The notes under the pieces are model-generated. The model saw only the letters and a list, made by a program, of their open reading frames with translations, was not told the origin of the DNA and did not search any database. Source: Eledone cirrhosa (taxonomy: Eukaryota). Taken from it: a stretch of DNA of 64,000 bases. The position numbers and the translations under genes were made by a program. Location: the NCBI GenBank assembly GCA_964016885.1, contig OZ024743.1, positions 348,688,001-348,752,000 on the forward strand, written 5' to 3'. Shown here piece after piece: positions 13,818 through 27,322 of the stretch (its first letter is position 1; every line of letters begins with the position of its first letter).

Positions 13818-14129
13818 ATGTGTACAGTGGGCGAACAGACAGAGGAACCACAATGTAAAATGCGACAGTTTACGTTAAATTTAGAGGTTAAAAGTCGCAT
13901 GCATAAGGTATCCTACCGAATCGCTTAGCGCCATGTGACAGCCTTATTTTGCTACGTTAAACTCGCCAAGAAATGATGCTGAAATCAAGTTTAAATCTTT
14001 CTATGACACTATACAACGCAATTCATATTTTGCAAAGCGCGAAACCAAGACACCACTCATAGCAATATGTTAACATACATTTTCATTCTTTACTTCTTTG
14101 TAAATGAAATTTCATGCATTTACATATGC

Positions 14130-14408
14130 TTACTGGCAATATACCACCTATCAGAAGGTTCATACGTAAACAGAGACTCAGATTTGCTGGCCACTGTTGG
14201 AACAGCAAGGAAGAAATAGCAGGCGATGTATTGTTATGGAGTCATTCTCATGGAGCAAGAAACGCTGGTCGTCCCAAGAAGACATACATCAAGCAACTTG
14301 AGGACAGTACTCGATGCACTGCGGAAGAACTGGCAAACGCTATGAGAGACAAAGATGGATGGAGGAAACGTGTCGTAGAAGGCCGAGCAAGCTTGACCTG
14401 ATGATGAG
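14130..14408 (+). mobile_element. 3' fragment of an RTE-type LINE
   Basis: IRKQRLRFAGHCW...GRPKKTYIKQL...RDKDGWRKRV, followed by a (TGA)n tail. Confidence 0.8.
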
Positions 14409-14884
14409 GGTAATATTGATAACACTCCTTATAAGCCTTGAACTTATCTACTAAGCCGTAGTTATCAATGACATTTAATCCCTTGTTTAAGTTTCATCTG
14501 TGTCTAAATATCCCTACAGGAAATATTTAAGGCTACATGCCTTGATATTGGGTACTATATTATCACTGGGAGCAGCTCACATCCAATACTCATGTTTGTG
14601 TACGCATATATCACATATGGAATTTGGGCAAATACTAGTTCCTGAGAATCTCTTGATTGGAAGGCAAGATCTTCGTTGATCTAAAGGCAAGTATATATTA
14701 CATACTAGCACACACATACAAATACACAGATACAAGAACGTTTGTGCAGGCACACATCGTCTCACATACGAACACACACTCAAGCATATATACATATGTA
14801 TGTATGTATTTTTCCTGTGGTTGTAGATATGTAAAGAGGTATAATGGAAATCGTACTGATAATTAGTTATGTACGCATATATAT

Positions 14885-14963
<79 letters not shown>

Positions 14964-15211
14964 CCTACACACATACACACACACACACACACACACGCAC
15001 ACACACACACACACATACACACACACACACACACACACGCACACACACATATATATATATATATAAGGATTAAAATACTGGAGCGTGTTGGAGTTAAACA
15101 CCCTCTTCGTATTATAGAAATGACAGTAAAAGGTATAGCTCAATGTAATTAAACAGAGCCGAAGAATTATGAAAATAAAACAAAGAAGCCTTCAATACAT
15201 CAAAAGTCTTT

Positions 15212-15256
15212 ATTAGCCAACAATGTTTCGTCCTATTAAGGACTCATCAGGGCAAT
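15212..15256 (-). ncRNA. Minimal type I hammerhead ribozyme (family B)
   Basis: Exact reverse complement of 17208-17252. Confidence 0.8.
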
Positions 15257-15476
15257 CAAAACCACAAGAAGCATTATCCGAAAACTCCGAAGAATATGGA
15301 GTGTACATACACTAAAGTATTGGAAGATTATGGGTAAAAATATATAATAAAAATCACTAAGGAGGTGGATAACATGTTGAACCATATTACAAATATAGTC
15401 CAAAGCAAAAAAAAAACTAGAGCTAAACAAAGGTGGTTATATAGAGCGGGAATTATAGTACTATATGTAATACAAT

Positions 15477-15661
15477 ATAATTGTTTCTACTTTAGGCACA
15501 AGGCCAGCAATTATCCAGTGCATTACTGGTACTTTATTTTATCGACCCCGTAAGGATGAAAGGCAAAGTCAACCTCGGCGGGATTTGAACTCAGATCATA
15601 AAGGGACGTAACTCTGCTTGAAAGCATGGCGTCCGACCCTCTACCGATACTGCCAATCCAC
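15477..15661 (-). mobile_element. Full-length SINE inserted in the left inverted repeat
   Basis: Consensus match; absent from the right arm at the equivalent position. Confidence 0.93.
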
Positions 15662-17207
15662 ATACTTGTAACAATATTAAAATTAAAATTAAAATTAAAA
15701 GGCACAATATACATATGTATATATGTACGCACACGTACGCTCATATACATATACATCAATACACATTTCCATCATTAACAGCACAAATTAAACCTTATTA
15801 AGAGTTTAAATATATATAAGCATAATAGGAATAAAAATAAAAATAATACGTATATCTAATATACAGTATAACATGAAGTAATGAAATGATTAAAAGTAAC
15901 ACATATAATATATAATAAACTATATAATTATATAATATATAATATAATATAATAGATAATCTCCGGTTAATTTACATAAACAATATAGATGTCACAATAA
16001 TACTATAATAATAATATATTAATATATAATATATAATGGCATGTAAGTTAACAAATCAATTCATATAGAGTTACAGAGTAGGTGAGAAAAAAATATATAA
16101 ATTGTACAATACCCAAAATTATGATGTGATGATACAAAAATATAAACATCTTACATGATATATAAAATTTAACATATCATAATGGTACATAAAATCATCG
16201 GTAAGTAATAAGGATCAATAGTACATTTACAAAGAGTTGAATAACAACTTCAATATAAAATAATGAACATAATATAATATATAATTACTTATAATTACAA
16301 GGTTGGTAAACAGACACATATGTGAATGAGTGAATAAGGGCCAGACAGAAAATACTATGCACAAATAAAATAAAATCAACCGGAAATTAAAAAACAAAAA
16401 CAAAAGTATTTACTTAGGTCTCACATGCAGTTAAGTAAAAACTTAGGAAACAACCCAGATAAATGACTAGAAAACCATATTTGCTAAATTAATATTGAAA
16501 ATATTTAAAATACCTAATAAGGCAATACAATATTAGCTATGGTTTAAGTAATCAAAATTCCTAAACATTAATATTTCACTATAAATATATATAGAAAGGA
16601 ATGAAATATTCTATCATTTACATAACGATATCTAAAAAACTGACTTAAGCAGAATTATGGTAGGCTAATAGGGACAGAAAAAAAGATATGTATGAGGGTT
16701 ACAAAGGAGCATAAAATCATAATCAATATACTGTATTATATAATAGAAAGGAGCATAAAAAAGGGGGGATTAAATATAATCATAATATATTTGAAGGGGT
16801 TAGCAATAAGTTTATGTGTGCATTAGGTATCCAAAGAAGAATCCAAATAAAATAAAATAAAATGAAATAAAATAATATAAAATATATAATCAGATATATA
16901 CTCGTAAGGTGTTAATAGTGAAAATTTAATTTTAATTTTAATTTTAATATTGTTACAAGTATATTATATTATATTATATTGTATTACATATAGTACTATA
17001 ATTCCCGCTCTATATAACCACCTTTGTTTAGCTCTAGTTTGTTTTTGCTTTGGACTATATTTGTAATATGGTTCAAAATGTTATCCACCTCCTTAGTGAT
17101 TTTTATTATATTTTTACCCATAATCTTCCAATACTTTAGTGTATGTACACTCCATATTCTTCGGAGTTTTCGGCTTGTATTGACCGATAATGCTTCTTGT
17201 GGTTTTG

Positions 17208-17252
17208 ATTGCCCTGATGAGTCCTTAATAGGACGAAACATTGTTGGCTAAT
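17208..17252 (+). ncRNA. Minimal type I hammerhead ribozyme (family B)
   Basis: ATTGCC-CTGATGA-GTCCT(TAAT)AGGAC-GAAA-C(ATT)G-TT-GGCTAAT: canonical core, 5-bp stem II, minimal stem III, followed by AATAAA. Confidence 0.8.
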
Positions 17253-17313
17253 AAAGACTTTTGATGTATTGAAGGCTTCTTTGTTTTATTTATATATATA
17301 TATATATATTAAT

Positions 17314-17466
17314 TATTTATTAAAATAACAGATTAAAGTTTAAGCAAAGAATCGCTGCTTTCACCCTTAGCGGGATCTTCTGAAACTAAAAAAATCAACC
17401 TGTGAACGCGTTAATGGTGAAAACAGCGATGATTTGCTTAAACTTTAATCTGTTATTTTAATAAAT
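17314..17466. repeat. Fold-back element, ~50-bp arms
   Basis: ATTTATTAAAATAACAGATTAAAGTTTAAGCAAA... pairs with ...TTTGCTTAAACTTTAATCTGTTATTTTAATAAAT. Confidence 0.85.
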
Positions 17467-17551
17467 GTTTGATCTAGGATTCGTATATATTTGATATATA
17501 TTTATCCTTATCAAGCCCTCTCCGGATTTTAGTCTTCACATTTATTATTAT

Positions 17552-17600
<49 letters not shown>

Positions 17601-17713
17601 AATAAATATATATATATATATATACATATAGTTGGAAAAGGGGGTAACATTCTATACACATGAAAAGTTATAGTTAAAAAGTAAATGTGAAAATTCACAA
17701 ATATATTGAAATA

Positions 17714-18050
17714 TTAAACGGAAATAATGAAACGAAATTTCATTTCCCACTCTTAGTACGGCTGTTACTTAAATATAAGTATGTACACGTACATACATAT
17801 ATGTATACAGACGTACAATAGTATGTATATATATACATACATGCACACATATATATATGTACGTATGGATTCACCGAACATTTATTGTAATGCTCGGTGT
17901 GTTTATAAACAAACATCCCGTATTAAGCCGTAGTGTCCAGCAACCATCTTTGCTCGTTTGTTCAACACTGACAAAGGAACGCTGTACTAGTTTCAAGCTT
18001 ATTAGCTATCGTCAGCAACGCATACCTTCCTGCCAGATTGTTGAACATAC
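17714..18050 (-). mobile_element. Solo PLE pLTR unit (family A) with hammerhead at 17980-18020
   Basis: Near-identical to 32231-32570; minus strand CGTTG-CTGACGA-TAGCT(AATA)AGCTT-GAAA-CTAG-TA-CAGCG. Confidence 0.85.
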
Positions 18051-18055
18051 TTATT

Positions 18056-19676
18056 GAAATATTATTTTTTTTTTTAATCCGACAGAATGAATAATATTAT
18101 AATGGTTGCATTAAATATAATCGGTTACTATTGTTATATTAATCTTATGAAATACTAAATATCTAAAAATGCCTTTTTCATTTTTTCTGAGTGAAGTTGT
18201 ATTAAAATGTATTCTTATATATATGTTTTTCATGAAGGTGTTGAAGGTGGAGATAGGATTCCACAGATTCGATTGAATTAACTTGTTTAAAAATAGAAAA
18301 TATGTTTACCATTCATACTAATATTGCAGATAGTATTGTTGATGTGTGTGTGCGTGTTTGAGTGTTTTGTGTGGGTATTAAGATGGGGTTAAATGTGTCA
18401 AAATATCTCTATATGGAATTTGGGAAAGTGAAAAACGTTTGCAGTGGAGATAGAATTTATCTTTTGTCTTGTGGTATGAGTGTGTACACCTTGTATCAAC
18501 AAACAAAACCTTTCTATTTTATACGAAGATTAAAAAGGAAATGAATTCTAGAAACGCACAAAATCATCAAGAGTAAAAGGTAGCCTAAAACCCTAAAGCA
18601 TATCCTTACTGGGGCAAAAACCTACACAAATTCTGCAACAGTTACAAAATGTGGAAGAATAAATTTTGGTTCCTGCTTCTATCTAAGTGAAGGGACAGAA
18701 TTAATATGTAAGGATCGACAAGCCATTAAAAAAAAAAGAAAATTTCGCTTACTACTTAGAAAATCTGTCTATATATTTCAATGCTGTGGATACCTGCAAA
18801 TTGTTATACAGACAGGAAGCTCATTACGGAAAAGAATGACCATACATAGCCAACAAATCCGCGAAGAAACCACGGGACAACTCCCCTCAATCAGTCACAT
18901 CGCCACATGTACAACATTTCCCCGCTCTACGAATGCTCAGACTCGTTCACTCAACAACAGATAATAAATAATTAAAGAAAAAAAACAATTCATTAACAAA
19001 TGAAATTAAATATAAAATTGTTCCCCATCAGACAATAAATAATTATCTATGGATGAGAATAACCCATATACGCACACCTATATGCAAACACTTGTAACCA
19101 TATACGCACGCACACGTACACACTAACCTCACAAGTTAAAAGGAAAAACCATAACTCCAAGGAAAACTTCTTCTAAAAAATTTTCCTTCCTTTCCCTCTT
19201 CTATTCTCTCTTTCTTTTCGTCCTTTGTTCCCCTTATCCGCTTCTCTCTTCCTCTCTCCTTTTTATATTATTTTTTATTTTCACTATATTTTCCATTTTT
19301 TATTAACATTGATACTATTTTTTCTTCTTCTTTCTCTTCTGCAAATCCCCCAGGAACTCAACCTCTGCAACACCCGACCAGAACCACATTCAATCATGTT
19401 TCTTCCTATATTTTTATATTTGTAGATTTATCCTTGCTTTCATCTGCAACGCCCATAAATAATTTTGTTATCGTGATACAATATATACGCACACACATAC
19501 ATACATGTACGCACACACACATGCACACACCCACGCACACAAACACACACACACCAAAAGATAAATTATATATCTACCCCTAAATTTGTTCACTTCCACA
19601 AACTACAAATACTGAAGTTTCGACAAAATTGAACCCCTCCATAATGCCACCACACAAAATACACACACACACAAAC

Positions 19677-19707
<31 letters not shown>

Positions 19708-19960
19708 AACACACATGCACTTCAAAAATTCTATTTGGACTAATGGTATGAAGGTTCGAACATTTTCAACCACACTTACACTAGCAACCCTTTACAAGAG
19801 AACATATATATAAGAATAAATTTTGACAAAAAACTCACATATATATTTTTAAATATTTAATGTTTCATAAGATTTTAATACCAATTGAAACCGGTTATAT
19901 TAATGCAACAGTTACAAAATTATTCTTTCTGTGAGATTAAGAAAAATATAGTTCTGTACA
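18056..19960 (+). mobile_element. Old PLE remnant: GIY-YIG fragment between diverged inverted repeats
   Basis: About 18760-19000 encodes QTGSSLRKRMTIHSQQIREETTGQLP..HIATC (frameshifted GIY-YIG). 18056-18470 is a diverged reverse complement of about 19555-19955. Confidence 0.7.
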
Positions 19961-19974
19961 TTTTTACCTTCCCT

Positions 19975-20022
<48 letters not shown>

Positions 20023-20648
20023 TTTGAATGGATACAGTTTAGTTGAAAGGAATTTATTGACACGTGTTTCTATAACAGTTACATATATATATATATATAT
20101 ATATACATATATATAATTACAGAGAGGGGGGGTGATTTAGATATAGATATGTATTGGAATTTTGTATTTCTCAAGGAATATGGTATGTTTATAAACAAAG
20201 ATTGAGAAAGATTGATGCAAAAACACGCGGAGAAATTGCCACCTGTCCAGCACAAGCAAGGGGGAACAATCGTCGATGCATTTCAAACTGAGCTGCTTCT
20301 AATCAGGAGGAATCCTCCCGCTCTTGCAACTGCTGGACTTTGAAAACATATATATACATTCACTCTCTCTCTCTCTCTATATATATAAGAAGATGAGTAT
20401 TGACGTACATACTCATCTTTTTGCATTTCAACGAGGGTTCTTCACCCCACTATCAGGCTAAACTAAATAATTTATTTTCTTTATTTATTCAAAATACTAC
20501 GATAGCTTATATTTATAAGTTCAAACTCGCTCGCTGTTTCGCAAAGATTTTTACTTGAAATTACAGTTACTAAGATTATAGCTTCTAATTTGAATGGGAT
20601 AAGACGGGTGATGTGTCGGTGGAATGGTAGCACAGTTGTCTGGATAAC

Positions 20649-20691
<43 letters not shown>

Positions 20692-20731
20692 AGATGTATA
20701 TATGTTTCACTCTTTCTCTCCGTTTCTCCCC

Positions 20732-20803
<72 letters not shown>

Positions 20804-21405
20804 CGGGAGAGACAGAGAGAAAGAGTGAAACATTCATACATACATGCAAACATACATACATACATATATACATACATATCCATCGTGAGACAGACACATC
20901 CGCAAATCTATATATGTAGTCATGAGTGTTACAAGTGAAATCCTCTCGAGAGAATTCATATTGGTTACGATTTTCACTGGCACCGTCATTGTGGAACGTG
21001 CTCCAATATTAGCACATCGGAATTCTCGTCACAGATCATTCTGAAATCAAATCGTCAAGAAAATATATCAGCAAATAACAAGAAATGCTTTGAAAAAAGA
21101 AATAAAAATAAAAAATAATAATAATAATAGTAACAACAACAACAATGATAACAATAATAAACAATTTTGGTTATACCTTGATCATCAGCAATGGCGAGAG
21201 AAACAATGGCTAATAACAACAACAATAGCGTTGACGGCGACACAAAGATTAACAGCATATACTACCACTAAACAACGACTATAATAATGTTGACGATGCT
21301 GCTGCTGCTGCTGCTGCTTATGATGATGATGATGATGATAATGATAATAATAATATGTTGAATTATTGGCTGTGACGATTAGATGTGCAGTCAGTTTTAC
21401 CATTC

Positions 21406-21452
<47 letters not shown>

Positions 21453-21514
21453 GTATGTATGTATATACATATATATATATATAGTATACAGTATATATAT
21501 ACATATATATATAT

Positions 21515-21556
<42 letters not shown>

Positions 21557-22330
21557 TTGTATGAATGTATATACGTAAGTATGTATATATATATATATGT
21601 ATATATGTATGAATGTATATATGTAAGTATGTATATATATATATGTATGCATGTATATATGTATGTGTGTGCGTACGTATGCATGTATGTATGTATGTAT
21701 GTATGTATGTATATTTGTATGTATGTAAGCTGATGGAATAGCAGTCTCTATAGGTGGAGGAATGTCATGGATGTTTTGTGTTAAAATATCTGATTAGACG
21801 CCCAAGGGAACGAATCTAGTTCTTGATATCTGGAAACGCAATGAATTGTTGTACACCATCAGAATTGAAATTTCCTTATTTTGGCATCTCATGGCGGAAA
21901 TTAGGAAAATAGAGACAACTCTGTCCCTGTAATTAAGTGTAGAAAGTCCTTCTGCTCGATATCTTTTCCTTTCATTCTTTCATTTAATATTTATACCTTT
22001 CTTTCCTTCTTTCTTCTTTTTCTTTCTTTCTTTCTTTCTCTTTCTTTCTTCTTTCTGTCTTGGGTGATTTTATGTACTTTTTTTTTAACTTGTTATTATT
22101 AATTTTGTATTCTTTTTATCATTTTATTGAAAATGCCTTTCCTTATATTTTTACGCTTTCCTTACATCAATTTATACATACAATTTCTTACAACCTTTTA
22201 TTATTATGTTTATTCCTTCTTTATTTTCCAACTACATACAGTTAATAAAAGTATTGTCCATGTATCATCTGCTCTCTCTTTCTCTCTCTCTCCTTCTCTC
22301 TCTCTCTCTCTTTCACTCTCACACTCTCTC

Positions 22331-22418
<88 letters not shown>

Positions 22419-22909
22419 AGCACACATACACACGCACACACACACATACACATACACACACACACATACACACACACACATACACCCACACACATATATA
22501 TATATATATATATACATACATATATTGAAAGATAGGGAAAAATAAATGTTTGAGAAATTCTTTTCTTAATTCTTTTGTTATCATACCGATTTCATTTACT
22601 GTATGAAAAAATGTCAGGTTTTGGTTCCATAATATTTTCTATCTGCCTGTAGACAGTTTGTTTCAAGAAAGACAGAGGTGATATTTTAATTGCATTTGTT
22701 GACTTTACTATGACTGATATTCATAATAGCAATAACGTGTGGACTTGATCTACCCTAGTACTTAAAATACACCTAATTTTCTGATATGCCCCACGAGGCA
22801 TGAAATGTGACACTGGGCTTAGAATATAGGCTATATGACATTGTATGGATTGAAGCTACATTGGGTTTGAAGAAGGTGTTCCAATTGTTCAATTAACGAA
22901 ATAGCGTGC

Positions 22910-23165
22910 TCATGAAACTACCGTGCAAGTGGCTTTCACATACACATGTACCCACAACGTAATTCTCTGGGAGATTCAGTATGAGACACCATATGACAAG
23001 GTTCTCTCTATGAATTGCAACATGATCATATAGATCGTGCTACTAAACAGTTTTGTCTACAGAAGAACTTGAGTTGACAGGTGACTATGGTAAAAAACAC
23101 TTGGTTATGTTGCCATCTAGTAGGATCTAAACCGGGACATTCTTTTTATTAGGAAGCGAACTTAA
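22910..23165 (-). mobile_element. Decayed SINE fragments
   Basis: Similar to 24095-24200 (GTGCAAGTGGCT..ACATGTACCC..AACGTAATTCTC.GGGAGATTCAG). Confidence 0.5.
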
Positions 23166-24034
23166 TGATTCAGAAATTGTGAGACTATGTTATAATGTAA
23201 GGTAACTAAAAGGAAATACATTTTATGTTTCTCTTTAACCATTCCGACATTGATAATCATTTTAAAAACATAATGTATTTTATACATTTTGACCACATTA
23301 ACAACAAGATGGATGAACCTAATGGATTAGAATGCAAAGAGAATTTTTGACAAACCCATAGTGTCATAAAAACATTCTATCTTAAATATATTAAACCTGT
23401 AGATTAAGTTATGGACAGCTCACGTATCATGTAATTAATACGAGCTAAAATATTTTATTTTGTGTAAACATATAATTTGTTCTTTATTTATACATAATCA
23501 ATAGTGTTATTTATCACCGATCAAGGCGGTCTATGATCAAGAAACAATGAAATTATAGGATTTGTAACGTATTCTATGTCGTATAGTACGTAGAATTATA
23601 AATATAGTACAACGCTTAATTCTACAGGTAATGAAGTTGTTAGCTGACATGGAATACTATGTGAGTTTCAATAAATGAGAATATTGCAACATGGCAATCG
23701 TGTAGGTTTAACAATGATGCATGTAGTTGACATGACTATTTGTGGCGTGTTATGTTGATTGTTTGCTGTATTAAATGCACTAGGGCCAGTTATAGATTTT
23801 TGAAGAGTACTTGAAAAAAATGATAAATGAATCTACAGTTACAATGATTTTACTGTTACAAGAGAGGAGAGTTAGAGTTAATAGAAATAGTATGGACAAT
23901 AGTTATTATAAGTAGTCGACATTAAATGCTTAGCAGCAATAAACATTCTAGTTTACAGGAAATGAATTAAATCATTCTAAAAAGAAATGTTCTCCTAAAC
24001 TATAACTATTCGGTTATCACTTATTGGCTGCGTA

Positions 24035-24325
24035 TTTTGAAACTCCACCAGTTCCGACGAGGAATGTTCCAGATCAGCGGAAGAATCTGTTAGTGAAAAT
24101 AACGTGCAACTAGCTGAGTATTCCACAGACACGTGTCCCCTTAACTTAATTCTGGGGGAGATTTAGTGTGTCACAGGAATGTGTCTTTGAATACAGATAC
24201 AACTTATTTTTGCCAAATGAGTCGACTGTTGCGAAGTAAAATAATGGTCTTCTCAAGGACTCAACAGTCTGCAAAAATCGATCCCAAGACGTTGTGATTG
24301 GGAGCCTATGCACTAAGCCACATAC
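24035..24325 (-). mobile_element. Decayed tRNA-head SINE (second family)
   Basis: Minus strand begins TGGCTTAGTG.. and has GTCCTTGAG motif as in 30426-30541. Confidence 0.6.
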
Positions 24326-25902
24326 GTTCACTACCTATATGTATTTCAGTTTTGACTGTCACAAATGCAGACCTTTTTATTAAGAGAGATTCAGTTGCTT
24401 TTGTTTTTGTTGTTTACTTCTATGTCAATACAGATTGAACAGATCTATGATCAATGATAATCTAAACATGGCTAACACGTATTTCTTTTTCAGCCACAGT
24501 ATATTTACGTATCCTTTTAAAAAAATACGGTGTGTGATTTGAGGAAGGTTTGGCTGCTTTTTATATGAAAGTACGTTCAATGACCACATACACACTGCCA
24601 GCATCGCCTCGAACCTTCCGTTAATATAAGGGTATTTTGGCGTCTTACTTAACATAGAGTTCTTGATATGCGTGCAATGACATGAATGTAGAAAATATAG
24701 CTTTACCAATGTCATTTGATCCGATTACATACTGAATGTTTCAGTCGCACGTAAATGAAATTCAGTTCAACTGTGGCAAGATTTGAACTCGCAACGCATA
24801 TCAAATAATTCATTTGATTTTTATCAATTTGACGTCATCCTTTACCTTTATTTTCATTTATGACATAATGAACTTAATGGAGAACAAGTTTTATGGTAAA
24901 TGCAACGGCTACCTTTTAAATGAGAAGTTCAGTACAACTGTCTATGGTTGAGCATTAGTGAGTGAGATATTTTAAATGTTTGTGTTCACTACCAGTTATT
25001 GTAAGTTTAAATGGTATTTGCAACATGTAGATCACTAGGTAAATTAAATACAATTCTAACAGTAGTAATGTTGATGAATGTTTAGTTACAGCTTCTGCAA
25101 TAATAGCTGCAACAGCTACCACAAACATCGCACATGCTATCACATATAAATTATACACAACCGTCATCAGATATGAGATGTTGTTAGGCAAGATAAGCTT
25201 AAAATATGTAAATATGCATTTCACCGTCACATAGACACCGCAACGATGATAAAAATCACCTTTTATTGGCATCCATTCATCTAATGATTCAAACCCATAA
25301 AATATACCCAATTTACGGTTAACTTTGCAATTCTTTATCACATTCACATAAATCCGACCAGATATATTGACAGATTGTCGTTTGAAAATCCCTATAATCA
25401 CCTCATATGTGCCCACAAATTGATATACGTTCTTCTGCATGTGTTTACATATGGTCCATATCAATTACGTGCATGTTTCCATGATGGCAATAACAGATAA
25501 TTGCAGTTAATCACACGTCGATCAGAATCTCTATATACATTAAAAATATGCAAAAGAAATGAAGATAAAATACATTTATAATGAAAACGCTGATTGTCTG
25601 AAACTAATAGAATATTGTTATGTAAAAAGTATAGATTAAAACAGCCTATGTACAGAGTATTCGTAGACTACTATTCTTACAATTCATTTACATGGGAATA
25701 TTATTGGCCTCAGCTATGAAAACAATGCGTTTGAATTAAAGTGACGCCAAAAATATAGTTATATGATATAAAGTCATTAGCCATTCACAATGATTTAGGC
25801 TACATCACCTAATTCTCAATGGCTTTATTAACTGAATTGTAAATAAGTATCATGGTGTGGTGCAATAAATCCGATAGTTTACTATTATTCAATTTTTCTA
25901 AG

Positions 25903-26072
25903 TTGGATTGGCTGTATCTGTAGAGCGTCAGACACCATGCTTTGCAACATAGAGTCATGGCCCATTACGTTCTGAGTTCAAATCCCGTCGAGGTTACCTT
26001 TGCCTTTCATCTTTACGGGGCAGATAAAATAAAGTACCAGTAATGCACTTGGAAAATTGCTGGCCTTGTGCC
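25903..26072 (+). mobile_element. tRNA-derived SINE (main family)
   Basis: Head, B box, core and most of the tail present. Confidence 0.9.
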
Positions 26073-27015
26073 ATTTTTGTGCAATCTTTTTAATATGTAT
26101 ATTTCCGGTATTCTGTTCCAAATCGACCCGTGTCCAATATAATGCAATAGTATAGATTAATTGGTATATAGTCGTTTGAAGTATTATTTGAAAGTCTGAA
26201 GCCGGGGATGACTTCACAACTACTGAACACTTATTAATTATTTGTGTGTATATTAATAATTGATTTGTTTTTAATTTCTATTTTATATGATACTATTTTA
26301 TTGTCAGTGCCTGTTTTTTTTCCATCCATCCTTGATGATCGCTTGTATTCTATCCTGGTTAACATACTGGAAGATCTAATGGTAACACTAGTGAATTGGC
26401 AGAGTCATTAGAGCATAGAACAAAATGAATTTTCAAATTTTCATTCATCCTTTGTGCTCTGATAAAATATATACGAAAAATTGCAGAAAACGTTAAAGCA
26501 TTGGAATTTCTTCTGGCGTTAACAGAAATGGAGAGACGTGTGGCTATGCAAACTTGTAGGAGATTTGATCATGTCCATATTCACTAAAACATGAAACGCC
26601 CGTTTTATGTTCTGAAAGTATCTCTTAATTTGGTATATAACCAAAATCACAACTTTTCTGCCAAAATCTGAGTAAACTATGATAGACCCGATTTTTGGTG
26701 CGAAATTAACGAAAAATTCGAAGCCCAATCACGCGATCTTCCTCAACCTGTCAAATTGTAGTTCAGACATATAGGAATATGAACCACATTTTTGGCATAA
26801 GCTTGAAAGAAATTCCCATCATAAATTAGCTGCGAGTTACAAGTGACATAGCAACACATGTTTCTATCTCTCTTAATTCTTGAAAATTATCATTCATGTG
26901 AAAACGATGAAAATATAATTTATTGTAAACAAACCTTCTTAATGACATCAACAGTATATTGAAAGTTTTTTCAAATATATATATATATCGGCAGTGAAAC
27001 ATATCTAATATGTAA

Positions 27016-27105
<90 letters not shown>

Positions 27106-27193
27106 GAAAAAAGAGTAAGTTTCGTTTACAAATGCATAAGGTCTCGATTTGATACCGATCTCAATAATTCACCGTACTACCTACACTATATAT

Positions 27194-27271
<78 letters not shown>

Positions 27272-27322
27272 ATATATGTATGTATGTATATATATATATA
27301 TAGATATATATATATATATATA

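Larger units (their letters stand above)
15173..17291. mobile_element. ORF-less element with long terminal inverted repeats carrying hammerhead motifs (PLE pLTR-like)
   Basis: 15173-15699 (minus the inserted SINE) is the reverse complement of 16923-17291. AT-rich interior; right end abuts (TA)n. Confidence 0.8.
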
